From the NCBI GenBank assembly GCA_000165425.1, contig CT868069.1, forward strand, positions 62,001-126,000: a stretch of DNA of 64,000 nucleotides, in the 5' to 3' direction. The notes under the pieces are model-generated. The model searched no databases, was not told the DNA's origin, and saw only the letters and a list, made by a program, of their open reading frames with translations. The translations under genes were made by a program, and so were the position numbers. Positions 12,262 to 26,258 of the stretch are shown here, in pieces. The number at the start of each line of letters is the position of its first letter. The first letter of the stretch is position 1. Source of the DNA: Paramecium tetraurelia. Its lineage: Eukaryota.

Positions 12262-12528
12262 TAAATTCTATTTTCTTTATTATTCTGATTATTAAGTGGC
12301 ACTATATACTTAGTCATTTTAATCAATTAATACTAAACAATCGAAAGGGATTTCATTATCAAATTTTGCCACTTACATTTTTAGTTATAAAAACTAGCAT
12401 TAAAATTCTTAAGATTTTCCTTTTTTTTTAAAATAAACTTCAAAGGTTTCATTTAACATTTGACTAATTTCTTAATAGAAAATGAAAAAATAGAAATATT
12501 ATAATAATAAAAATAAATATTTATAATA

Positions 12529-13898
12529 ATGAGATCTATAAGCAATTTATTGTCTTCCTTAGTGTCTAAGTAAAATACACCATTTATTTAAAAATTGAAT
12601 AATAGTTCTTTGATGCAAAATAACTCCTCTATTATGATGACGGATATCCTTTATTTGATTGAATGCTTCGAAGGATTCGGGCCAGAATGCAATGGAATAT
12701 ATTTAACAGGATCAGAATACTTATAGCAATTTTTTAAGGCAATCACAAACAAACCTTTAGCTGGTTATATAGCTACCAAGATTACTTTAACGATTCATCT
12801 AATATTATATGAATTTTAGATTGGAGAAACAATAGCTGAAGAAATGATAAGGGAAGGATCGACGATACATGTGCTACAAAACCAATAGTTTAGCAACTTT
12901 GTGATAAATTATTTGATGTATTTGATGAAATTAGCATAAAATTTAAAATTGTTTTATGCCTGTAAAATAGGCTAATACCCTATTTTTGATTAAGATTCAA
13001 CATTTACTCAATATTCAGAAAGTACGAGAGAGTAATAGTTTTAACAATTTAATTTATTTAAGAAAAATAGCAATTTCAGAGATACCAATTTATAGTACAG
13101 AAATTACTAATAAAAGAAATTAGAATTGCATATGCAGTCATAGACAGGTTGCATAACGATGGAACAAAAAATATTATACCTTTTCAAATTGCATAATCTG
13201 CTTAATTCATGCGTATAAATTTTGAATTTGTGCATAAATTCGTTAATACAATTGGACAAACAGGATGCTAAAAATATTTTTATTGAAATTAGTTGTGTTT
13301 TGTGGAATGATTGTATGGTTATGTACAAATTTTCAACTTAGGAAGTAATAACTTAAAATAAACTTAGTTGTGCAAACTTCTTGACTGTTTTCGATATATG
13401 CCAATGTAACAATTGCTCTCAGTTCAGTAGATATACTGGGCCACAATCAGTTCTTCCACTTAAATCAAATGGATATATCAAAATCGAAAATACTTTGACT
13501 CTCAAAATATTGTGAAACAGCCTTTTTGGTTTGAAGAAAATAAATAGTTATCAACTGAGCTTTAAAACAGCATCATAGACAATAAAATATAATCTATCCC
13601 AGAAACAGCAAGGAATGCTAATAAACTATCAACCCCACAAGCTTATTAAAGTAAAAAATCTCCGACCAACATTCCTTAACCATTCACTTCAAGAATTGGA
13701 ATTTCTTAGAACACAACAAAAACAACCATCCCATAACAACCTTATTTTGTTGCAAATAAAAAATTATAGTAATAATATCAATAAATTGAAGTATAACAAC
13801 CCTTAAGTACAAGGGCAAAAAATATAGTTGGGAACATTTTCTCAGATGAAGAATTAACTATTTCTCCAAGGGATAGAGCTAGGATATAATAATAATGA
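12529..13898 (+). CDS. ANTH/ENTH-like domain protein with disordered tail
   Basis: IATKITLTIHLILYE, FVINYLMYLMKL, ELCKLLDCFRYM..IY pattern reminiscent of ANTH helices; 23-nt intron near 13345; TGA 13896-13898. Confidence 0.6.
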
Positions 13899-14909
13899 TT
13901 CATAATAATGATTTAGAATTAATGTGGAGAGCATGAATATAAATATTTAAAATAAACTAAAAATGCAATAATAAATTAGTTCATCTTATAAATTTAATCT
14001 ATCATAGATTGATATAATTTACATATTGATTGATATATCAGCCCTAATCTTTGCTCTTAGTGATTTAAAAGAATCATGAAATTAATTTAATATTTTAGAA
14101 ATATTAATATACATGTTAAGATTAAAAATAGTTAGTTATTATTCAATTCTAATTTTCCTTGTTTCCTTTATTAATTTGGTCTGCTTATAGTAGAGTAACT
14201 AACAAATACCAAAACTAAGATCATAAAATAAAAGAAATGTACTAAGAAATTGTCATTTATTTCAAATGTCCAAAACATTTAGATTGTTATTCCAATTCTT
14301 GTTTAATTTAAATCCCAAATAGAATTTTCACAATGTAATTCGAAATAAGTCTGACTATAGAATTCTAATTTATGGTTTTATCAAGCCCTTTGATGTCAAT
14401 AATAATAATAATCAAAATTTATTACAATTATATATTGTTCCTATAATATAAACTTGTATAATTATAATATATCTCAAAAAGACTAAAATATTTTTTAATA
14501 TCACTTACTGCTTAATGGTAGTGAAACATTTTACTTATGAATTTAGAGTTTAAGATTGTATTTGCTTTTGAATTTGAAAAGAAAAGTATAGAAAATATTT
14601 AAAACTAATAATTTTCACTAAATTCTTTTAATTCACTTAGAAATATTCGGATTTAAATTCTTTAGTTATAATCAATCAGCCACTCTCTTTCCTCATTCAT
14701 TGTTTTTATACCATAAATTCGATTTATAAATTGGAAATTGTATTTAATTAATGATTATATTATGTTAATTCTTCTTAATCACGAAGATAGATTAATGATT
14801 TAAAATATAGAAGGATACCAATATATATTCTCTCTAATTCTATTATCTTTGGTATATAAATCTTTAAAATAATTCTTAATTCTATTAATAAAATTAAAAT
14901 AAAATAATA

Positions 14910-17539
14910 ATGGCCTATGTGAATGTCACATGCACTTTCCTCAATAAAGACTAAGTTGTTTTGAAATGTGAAATCTAAAATATTAGAAATGAATTGCATA
15001 AAAAAGTTCAAAATATCTCATTTGATAATATTCTTTTGATTGATGAGAATGATTAAGTGTATACCGCAACCAGTGCTTTATATTAATCAAAAATAAATTA
15101 GAAATATTAGTATTTCTTTAAAGTTTGGGATGCTCTTCAACTTTACAGAGAGCATTAAGAATTAATAAAAATTAAGGAACATAATTATAAAAAATTGCAA
15201 GAGATGGAATAAAAAATTAAAAATTTAGTTGAAGAGGAGAATGAAAAAGAAAAATAGCACAATTTGGAAATAAAATAATTATTTGAAAATAATAAAACTT
15301 AAAGTGCTGACATCCTTAGCTAAAAGCAAGTAGAAATGGAAAAAATGAAAGCTGATAAAGAAAAATAAATTCAGGAAATTTAGGAAAAACATGATAGGCT
15401 GGAATTAGAACTAAATTAGATGAATACAAGATGTAACAACCTAGAATAAAATATTTAGTAGTTATAAGAAGACATTTAAACATAATAAAGAAACTATGAG
15501 ATATAATTATAAAAAAAGAATGAAGAAATACAGAATGAAATAAATAAAAAGAATTAAGAACTATAGAATTTAAATGTGTAGTGGCAAAATTATTTTAATT
15601 AGGTGACCACTTAATGTTAATAACAATTTTCACAACAGATGCAATTGGCCACTAATGCAAACAATGAATTAGTTGCATAAATAGATCATCTTTAAAGAGA
15701 ACTTGGAGAGGAATCATTAAATTCAAAAGCTGAGATAGATAGACTAAAATTATAGTTAAAATCAGAAAAGGAAAAATTATTGAGTGCTAACGATAGTATT
15801 TATTAGTTAGAAAGTAATGCTACATAGTTAAATGACAAAATTAGAAAGTTAGATAAAGATTTGAAACTAAGCAATAATAAAATTAATGAATTAGATATGA
15901 TTTATAGAACAACAAATAATAGCGCTCAAGACGCAAATACTACTCTTGGTTAAAGAGACATAGAGATAAAAAAATTATAAAGTGCAAATAAGAGTTAAAC
16001 AGCTCAAATTGAGGAATATATAGAAGAGCTCGCTAGGTTATAAAATTCAAAATAATAGTTGGAAGGTAAAGCAAGTAGCTAACAGTAGCAAATTACAGGA
16101 TTAAATTCAAAAATAGATGAATTAAATGATGATATTGAACGTCTGAAAGGAGAATTAACAAAAAAAAAATAAGAATATGACAAATAAACTGGCGACTTGA
16201 GGTTATTATAATAATAAAAGGAATTTGTTGAAACAGAATTAAAAGATTTAAAAAGTTAATTATACTAAACCAAGGAATAATTAGAATAATAACAAAGTGG
16301 AGGATAAAGCAATGAAAAGCAAATATCACAACTCAAAACTCAAATTATTAAATTTGAATAAGAATTAAAAACAGCTCAAAGTTTAAATAAAGAAAACTAA
16401 GACACTGTAAGATAATAAAAATTAAAATTGTAAGAAAAAGATGGGTAAATAGGCTAATTAGAAATTAAACTACAATAAATTGAAAAATCATTAAAGCTAA
16501 AAGAGGAATAGCTTTTAAGTGATTAAGCTTAAAACAAAAAATATAGAGAACAAATGGATGAAACTATTAAATTAATAAAGCAAGAGATGGAATTAACAAA
16601 TTTAAAACTAAGTGTCAAAGAACATATTCTTTCAAAATTATCTAGGCAAGATGATAAATATCAAGATAAAGTAGTTGGTGTTATGGAAAAAATTATGTCA
16701 TCACCTCATAAAATTAAAGAATTTAATAAAGATTAGAATGCTAATCTTGACCTGAAGGAATATGATATTTTTGAAATAACTGTTGAATCTGATTAAGCAA
16801 AGCAACTTTTGATTAAGAATTAATATTTCTTATTTGAATAGTGCTTAAAAAAGACTCCAAAAGGAAATGTGAAATTAAATAGAAGTCTATAACCAAATGC
16901 TGAGTCCACATTTTTTAAGGGTTATTTAAGTATTGTGACTGAGGCAACCTAAGATGAATTCAAAGGAAAATTCTTATTAAGAAAAGATCTAATATCTTAA
17001 AATTTACCTTTTATTAATATAGATGAGGCAGCTTAAATGTCTAAAAACAACTTCTTATGCTAATTTTTGATGGATTAATATAATAAAGTCTTAAGATCAT
17101 AAAAATTAAAAGAGGGAGACTATAAAATCGCCAGACAATTTGTATTAAAAGATAAAGGTATATATTAATTGATATATTAATAGATAAAGAAGAATACTAT
17201 TATTGTGAAATGGTTGAGGAAGGGGATTTTAAAAAGATTAATGGTGGAGTATTTATACCTAAAGATAAAATAGAAGCAGATTCATATTTTAATGCCTTCT
17301 CTAAATATGTATATGCATTTTCAAAGGAAGGTTATATTATATCTCATCTTTAAATTTGTGGAAAATTTGTTTATGATATGATAGTTAGTACAAATTATAA
17401 AGGATTGTTTTCAACTTTAGATTAAGGATAAAGTGAAATTGGATAGGTTTTAGAAATGATTAATGCCTTAAAATAAGATGAAATTAAACTCCATTGGAAT
17501 CAAAAAATAGAAGATGTTGCTAAAGAGGGACTTAAATGA
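14910..17539 (+). CDS. Long coiled-coil protein with C-terminal degenerate alpha-kinase (eEF2K/MHCK-like) domain
   Basis: ~500 aa heptad-rich region then YYCEMVEEGDFKKINGG..FNAFSKYVYAFSKEGYIISHLQICGKFVYDMIVST..LFSTLDQG; intron ~17158-17183. Confidence 0.8.
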
Positions 17540-17884
17540 GATAATCTAAATAATCAATAGTATAAAATATTAAAATAATATGAAATTAAAAAAATATTTA
17601 TTATCTACATTTTATGTCTTAAAACCTCCCTCTGATTAATTCAATTCATAGAGATAATAATTTCAATTTTCATTTGTGTTTAATTTAGGTTTATTGTTAA
17701 TCATTTGAAAAAGAATTATTACTAATTTATAATAGATAATTTATTTATTATTTTTCTATTAAACATAAAATTGATTAGGATAAAAAAATATGTATCGATT
17801 TATTACCCCTTAACCCAGACAATTTTTGAATTAAATCGAAATCATTTACCTTTTTCTACTTGAACCCTGATTTTTAATTTAATA

Positions 17885-20043
17885 TCATCTTATAATAATA
17901 TATTGGATTCTGATTTTAGATATATATGTAGGGGGTTCATCTATATCATCAAGAACTAGGTGGGTTAGCTAAATCGATAGACAACTATGAATACCTATAC
18001 GATCTAATGTGAATTCATCAACATATCCATTCAAACAGTAACAACTGCTTCCCTACTATGTAAATGTGTCTTCACATTTCAGACAAGTTACTTGATCCAA
18101 ACATTTTTGACAACCTAATGGACACAATACACACTTTTATTATTCTATGTCAAATATAAAGCCATTATTGCAATTTTGATTCTAAGAGTTCTATTCAATT
18201 ATCCATTCAGTGCAATCATTCTGATTGGGACCAATACACGTTCTGCATAAAGGTGCGCATCTTTAAATCATAACATTTAGATTTGAGATTCCAAAACTGA
18301 AATAGGTATTAGGTTACGAAACAGACATCATTACCAGAGTTAAGTTATTCGATGAGTGAACTTATTCTACTGAAACCTATTGGATTTGACTTTGCGAAGA
18401 ATTAATTTTAGTTGCTGTCTGAGTATCAATGGAGATGGAAACAACATTAGATGAATAGTTTAATGATGTGAACTCAAAAGTTATCAAATTCAATTGTATA
18501 AGAATTTTATAATGAGGTGCCACATTGGTGAATTACTTTTAGAAGAATTAATTGCCCTTATCCTTTAATCCACCAAAATATCTAACGCCATTAAAAAATG
18601 TTCCAAATTGATTTTAATAAAAAGAATTGATGCTTCTTGTATTTTTAACAATAAAGTTACTGATAATATTATCGTCAAAGGCTCTCATTAAGTAAGTAGT
18701 TGATGGATATTATTCAGTAGCATCTTTGCAAACTTAACCCTCCAATTTAGAATAACTGGGACATGAAGTAACACAACTTCCTTAATAGAGGTAATATCCA
18801 GCCTTGCAGGTGTTACAAACGAGTTTGCTTTTACAAGAGTTGCAATTGGCTTGACAATTTACGGTGTTGATAATAATTTGGTTTATCCCCCACTAGATGT
18901 TTTCATCGCTATCGACACTAATAGTTATATTGGAAATAGGCAATGCATCGATTACATAGTCGATATGATATAGGATGTAGCCCTGTGATTATGTCTCATT
19001 GTAAGAATGTAATGGAGTTACAAGCTTCTGTATCTTGTCTACTTGAACAAAGATTGAAGGGGGCAATTAGGATTTAAATATGTAGATGTCTGCTCGTATT
19101 CTTAATGAATGATAATAGAAGGCGTTGCTGAATTTATAATTGATGGATTGGCTCACAAAGAATTACCCCACAATTTTTACATTCATATTCATATAGAATT
19201 TATTAAACAAAGATTAGGTTACTCCATTTTCTATCATAGACCAGCCAGTGAAATCATAATTGCCCCAAAAGTATTAGGAAACCTATTCCATTTCTAAAAT
19301 TACAACATTTAAATACTGTCATCGAAAATACACCTCTCAAGATTCTGGTCAAAATATTCACTCACTTCGCATTTCTTTATGCATTGATTTTGTTGTACAC
19401 TCAAGTAAGGTGAGGTGGATGGACATTTACACTCATTAGTCTTCTTACTTATTTGAGCACCAATATAACAGGATCTACATTGGTTTTTTTGGGGTCCCAC
19501 ACATTATGTACATGACTCGTGGCATAATTTAGGTATTATTTAGATATTTCTGATACCCAAAGAGAACCCATCTTAAGTCTCAAGTTGGAATGCCAAGTTT
19601 AAGTCACGTTAATAATGGATGTATGACTTGAAATAAGTACTAACCTAAGTTGGTAAACTATTTAAAAAGAACTATTAGAAATATTTACGTATCACAAAAT
19701 GGCACTGAATAATCATACCTTACTGAGTATTAATCAATGAGGATGTTGTCTAGCAAAATGTTTATGGGTTTATTCACGAATTCCCCTATTAAATAAAAGT
19801 CCACAAAAATATCAACAGCGTAATGAGACTCAGCTATACTCATTTAGTAATTGACAGTTGGTTATATAGAGCTCAGATAATAATAGTCAATTTAGCTGAG
19901 TATTGAGCATCTCATTATATTAGATGATGGAGTAAGTGAAGGATCACTTAATTCTTGATAAACTTTTAGAGCATCTAGCAATATATTTAAAGTTATTTAC
20001 TCATGCATGCTAAAATGCCAAAGATTACTAAGATCAACTACAT
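17885..20043 (-). CDS. Cys-rich extracellular protein: repeated beta-rich domains alternating with furin/growth-factor-receptor-like Cys repeats (3' end uncertain)
   Basis: Hydrophobic N-terminus MQLILVIFWHF; SHYAVDIFVDFY..GIRNIQI then CHESCTQCVGPQKNQCRSC..CKCP; further CxxC repeats; short introns. Confidence 0.7.
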
Positions 20044-20547
20044 TATAATAATTTATTTGAAAAATTATTTTATTCCTTGTAATATAAATGATCAAACCAT
20101 TTAATTGAACTAAATGAGTATAATTAATGTTATTTTAAACAAATTGATTTTCTAATTACATTTTTTATACATTTGATTATTTATTATTCATAAATTTAAT
20201 TGTCTTAACTCACTCTTCAAACACTCCATAATTAAATCTGCTCATGTGATTGCTCAATTGATCTCTGGAAATTAACACGAAGCTTTCACGTCTAAAGAGT
20301 AGGATAAATTTATGGATTATTATTATTATTAAATTTGAAACTCATAGGGTTAAAATATAGTATATAATCAAGTGAATATAATTTTAAGCTTGCAATTGTA
20401 TTTATTCTTTAGGTCAAAAATTAATATTAATAAATCTATGTTGGCTCCCTTCGATTTATTTTTTAAACTGGAGTCTGAAAGAATGGGCATTTTTTTTATC
20501 TTAGGTTTTTAAGGGGATTTTAAAATAAAATATATATATAATTTCTG

Positions 20548-23524
20548 ATGTAAATTTACAACCTTCATCAAAAATAACTTTGGTATTAAAACATAAGTTA
20601 ATATTGTTGTAATGATTAGATTATTAGTCTTTTTCATTAATTTATGAATTATTAAATACTGTTTTATACTCAAATCATCCAAAACATTTGGTGGATAATA
20701 TGTTCATGGATTTTTTATAAGCCTTATGAATATTACCTTTGTTTTCTTTCTATAAGTAGTATTGTGATACGGATTGCTATATTGGTGTTGGAAAGGAAAA
20801 ATATGCACACTTTTATTTCAGCGATCCTATATTTGCTACATAATTGTATATACACTGAGGCAAGTCTACGGATGCCTATGAATAATCCTTTTACAAACCA
20901 TTCGAATTCCTTGATGATTTTGATCAATTACTTGCATGCAAACAAGGAATAAAAAGAAAATATTTAAATAATGTCGAAGTTCGGGTTTCCCATATTTTGT
21001 TTACTAAGAACCATGTCAATTACTTTTATCCAAGCCAATTATTAAATCCTGGAAAGCTGTATAGTGATAATGATTTTTCTGTGTGTGATCACAAAGGATG
21101 AATTAAAAAGAAAAAAAGAAGCAATTAAAAATTCAGTGAAAGACCTTGAGTCTCAAGATTAACATAATTTTAATTAAAAATTCATAACTTTTTTCCAATA
21201 AGATTCAAAGCGACAATCCTTGGGAGCTTCCTTTAAAAAAAGCAGAACCCATTATTCCCATTACAAAGAGAAGCCAGACATACTCCAAAACATCCCCTTA
21301 TTCAATGAACCTAAAACCTTTGATGAAAATATCAAAACCTCTCTGCAGTTCCAGAACCTGAAGAAGAGCTTAAACAAAAAGGTTTCAACTATAAGTGTCG
21401 ATAAATCAGATTAACATCTACACACCTTCTTTTAGAACATAATCAATAATATCTTCTCCGCTGGAGTGGTGATTCTCAATCAAAACCAAAAAGTGACTTT
21501 TATGAACAATAAATGCGAGAAACTGCTCGGCTAGAAAGGAAGCGAAAAAGTTGTGGAATGTCTCAAGAAAATTATTACCTCCAATTCCTTACATGAAAAT
21601 GATGAGTCTCCATTGGGACAAATTCCTCCAAAGTCTATGGCTAAAATGAACAAAGTCACATTTGAAAGGATCCTTAAGTATTACCATGAGAACCTAATGG
21701 AATTGGACATTTTTGATGCATTCCTCTTCCCCCAAAAATATTTAAACTAATTCTATCAAAATCTATCGCCTAACTCAGAATTTGATTAAAGAAGTAGTCT
21801 ATCAGAATCCTATAATGAAACCTTCCTACAAAGAAAGGATGCTGTGACCTATGAACATATAATGAATGGAGAGGGCGGTCTTCTAAAGAAGTTAAAAATA
21901 GTCATCCTACCCACTTATATGACGAATGCTTAGCAAGAACAACTTTCGTATCCATCGCAATAAAAAGTTCATGTCAGCAGAACAGCCATCCAGGGAGAAA
22001 GCGTTCAACCAATCATAGTTATCAAGATCAAGAATATTACTAAGAAGCATAAGATAGAGCAAATGAACAAGGAAAAGGAGATACACAATTCTTTACTCAA
22101 ATCGTTTTCGCATGAATTAAGAACTCCTTTAAATAGCAGCTAAGAAATGCTTGTGATACTGAAGGACATGATTAAGGATCCCAAACTTTTGGAGTATGTT
22201 GAATTCGTTCATATTTCAATCATATTTTTAATTCATTAAATAAATGACATTTTAGATTATGCAGCCATGTAATCAAACACATTCAAATATAGATATTTTG
22301 AATTTAAGTCATGTGAGATTGTTGAGGAAATCAAATATATTTATTCTAGTCAATGCAATTCTAAGAAAATTGATTTGCAATTTAAATTTGATGAGAAATC
22401 CATAGGCAATATACGATCAGATAAATAAAGAATAATGCAAGTGTTAATTAATTTAATAAATAATTCCTGTAAGTTTACACCTCAAGGTGGTAAGATTGTT
22501 TTCTCCTTGAAATTAATAGAATATCCGTTTATCAAATTATAAGTTAAAGACACAGGCATTGGAATTGGTTCAGAATAATTGTAAAATCTAAGGAAAGTTT
22601 TAACTACTTCCATGGGTAAGAGTTTACATAGATCAAGAATTAAAAAGAGCTTAGGCTTGGGATTGAATATTTCTGCTAGGATTGTAGAAGGTTTGGTGTC
22701 AAAAAATGACGGAACTCTTGAAATAATTTCAAAGAATAAAAACAAAGGAACTAAGATATATTTTATTATTGAGAATTTAATCATATTTAGGGATGAGTCT
22801 GTGAGAAATCCTATGATTTCTGAATACACAACTAAAAATAACACTTATAAATAATAAATGTCATATTATGAGGGTAGTAAATGCAGTTAAATATTACCAC
22901 TTTTAAGGCAATTATCAGAAAATTCTAAATTTGAAGCTTAATCTCCTTCTAAGAGGAGTAAAACAACCAAAAGCAGGTTCTAACCAGGAAATTAAGTGGA
23001 AAGTTCTTTGGATATGGCAGATAATTTTTCATATCGAATCGATTTACCCTTAAGTCCTGAATATTTTTTGTATAAGGATTAAAACAATGATAAAAATACA
23101 ATAACTCCTTAATGTCAGTAATGCGTAAGAGTATTGATTGTTGATGATATACCTTTTAATTAGATAGCTTTAAAAGCTCTTCTCCTGCATTATAACATTA
23201 AGGTTGAATAAGCATATGATGGTTATTAAGCAATTGATTTAGTTAAGAAATAATTAGATAAACATTGTCAATATTATACATTAATCTTTATGGATATTGA
23301 AATGCCTGGAATCAATGGCTTTCAAGCTACCAAAGATGTAATTTCAAAATTTAAATTAGATTCTTAAAATAACAGTTGATTAATCCCATATTATCATGTG
23401 TTCTGCATATGACACTGAAGAAAATTTTAGAGAAGGAGAATCAGTAGGAATGTCAGAGTTCCTACCTAAACCCGTAAATTAAAAGGAATTAGAAAGAATA
23501 TTAGATAGATTTGGATTTCTATGA
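20548..23524 (+). CDS. Hybrid histidine kinase (TM region, PAS-like, HisKA, HATPase, receiver)
   Basis: SFSHELRTPLN; INDILDYA; SDKQRIMQVLINLINNSCKFT; VKDTGIGI; LGLGLNIS; receiver VLIVDDIPFN, LIFMDIEMPGINGF, FLPKP; intron near 23338. Confidence 0.95.
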
Positions 23525-23876
23525 TATTTACTCCTTATTTCTCGCATTTTAAAATCAACTATTTTAATATATAAAGTCTTTTGAAAATCTTATTCAAATA
23601 TATTATTATAAATATTTTAGAAATTACTTATAAAATAATTTAATTTTAATTATTATTTAAAGTGATATTCAAATCTTTTTTGAGATTATATATTAATAAT
23701 TATTAATACTCTGAACCATTAATTGCAAATTAGTATACAAATTGAAAAGTATGCTTATCTTATGAAATATCCCAAATATTTGGACTAAATTTAATGAAAA
23801 TATCAAAATATTAATATTATAACTTTGATGAAATGAATTTAATCTACAATAATTATTAATTATGATATATTTATAT

Positions 23877-26199
23877 TCAACTAACATAAATTAACTCATT
23901 CATGTTTTATTGATTTCTTTTCAAATATTCTTGATTCATTAAACTCTCTATAACATCTTTGATATCTATATCATTTGGTTTAAACATCTTTAATTATTCT
24001 TTTACCAATTAAATCAATTATTAAAAGGTTTAAGTCTTTTTACCTTTCATAATTCGAACAATTGCAGCTTGGATGGCAATCTTTCTATCTCCTTAAATAT
24101 CCTCTTCTATTAAATCTATATGAAATTGATTTACATTAATATTCAACAAATTATTCCAAGATGATGCCCACTCTAAATTTAAGCTTGGGATTTGAGAATT
24201 CTTCATTGAACTTGTAGGCCTATCCATCTCTAGTAAGTAACTTTTTGGATTCTAGTAATTTGATTTGGTTTAAGAAATACTAGTTGTTGACTCCAATTGA
24301 TTACTTTATTAATAATTTAAATTTACTGCTAATTGCTCGCTGGTTTATGGATTATTTTAATGATTAAATTGTAACAAAATTGCACCGCCAACAACTCCGA
24401 TGATGACTTTGTATTCTTAATTAGTTCTGAACATCAATTCCACCATGGATAATTGATCTTACCAACTGATATCTATTCTATAATATATTATTAGATTGAA
24501 TAATACAGTTAATTCTTTTCCTGTTAAGAATTGAATTTCTCTCTGTAAGCAGCCTTTAATTAGTTCAGAATCAATATATTATCTAGATTAAGTTGTGGTC
24601 TAATTTCAGGCCAATATTCTTTTTGTAGTATTTTGGCTTGAATTTCAATATCAGAAATGGTTATTTTTTCCTCATTTTTCTATTATTCATAATCCTTAAT
24701 CATGGACTCAAGTTACTTGGTATGTTCTGGTCCATAAGTCTTACGAAATTGATCAATTATTTGTTTATCAAAATCAGAATGATAATCAAAGAGTGTGAGT
24801 ATTCTTTATGCTAGTTTATTTTAGTAGTTTCTCAACAATAAGTCCTTAGCTTAAAAACATTCCAAGAGTTGCATAACCTCTTTTAATTATTTTTCTTCAC
24901 CAATATCTATTCTTTTAAGAGTAAAAGTGTGTAGTTTTTACAACAGCGACTCCATGATAAAATGTTATTCAGCATTTGCGGTTATCATTTCAAAAGCAAC
25001 ACGTAGATTGGCTAACAGGAATTGGTTGTTTTCAGCATGATCATAGATCAACTTCTTATAAGACTGCTATAAGGAGATGAGTTATTCTAGGAATTTACTT
25101 TTCTATGGAATATAAGTTGATAACTACTTGATCTTCCTTTTCTTATTTGATTTTAGTTTGAGAGATTCTGTTTTTCTGTTCAACGATGATTTCCTAACCC
25201 TATTGAATGATGATTTCTTGGAATTTCCTAACAAAAATGTGTGTGTTGCTCTTGAAATGGTCAAAGAATTTTACCAATTAACCAAATTACTAATTTATAT
25301 AGAAAATGCAATACTTCATAATAATCCTGAATTATAATATTTTTAAGAGTGTCATTATTATCAGAATTCAAATCTGAAGCATAACTATTAATGATATAAT
25401 TGTTAAATAAATCTATTAATTCTTTTTAAAGTTCACTTTGTTCACATCCAAAGATTAATCTAATTCTACCTAATTCTTCCTGTTTGAATTGAACTAGTGA
25501 TTTTATTTAATCCAAAAAGGACTGTTATTAAAAGTTGCTGTATTATTATTGATAATAGGTTTTACTGTCCTCCTTAATTTCTTTTTGAATTAATTAATTA
25601 TTCCCTATATCTTAGAATGTTTTCATGCCATATATAATTTTATATACTCTTTGTAGTAACAATTGTGATTCTTTATCAAGTAGGATTCGATCCAATTTTA
25701 ATTTTGCCTTGAATTCCTCTTTTATTGAAAAAAATAGTTTGTTGTAGAATTATTCATAAAATTGTTTTTTGGCTTACTATTTCAAATTTGGATATTAACT
25801 AGTATTATTCAAAACTTCAACAAATGATCGATCTAAATAAGTAAAATAACTTTGAAGAATTCGAGTATGAATTTCATAAATCTCATGTTAGTAAAGAATT
25901 TCTTCGATAAAATTTTTATCACTTTTCAAACTCTGTCTTGCAATCTTCTCTGATTCTTTTAAAAAATCCTCGTTATATCCTTTGAATAAATCATACATCT
26001 TCTGTCCTTATTGTTCACCTTAAACTATATAATTGAATATTTCTCTGTTTTAAGTTAATATAAAATATTACGTATAGAAAGTCATTGTTTCCTTTGTATT
26101 GTATACCTTTTTCTCGCCTTTCAAAACTTTTTCAATATGATCCCTTAGATTGTTTATCTTAACTTGCAAACCACTTCTGATTTTTTCAAATGTATTCAT
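23877..26199 (-). CDS. Cullin
   Basis: FTYLDRSFV in the N-terminal repeat; YLRNYQNKLARR in the cullin homology domain; neddylation motif DRKIAIQAAIVRIMK; IESLMNQEYLKR..LIYVS*. Confidence 0.93.
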
Positions 26200-26258
26200 G
26201 TAAAAATGAAATTTAAATATTAATCATATTTTATAAAAAATATACATTATTTTCCATT

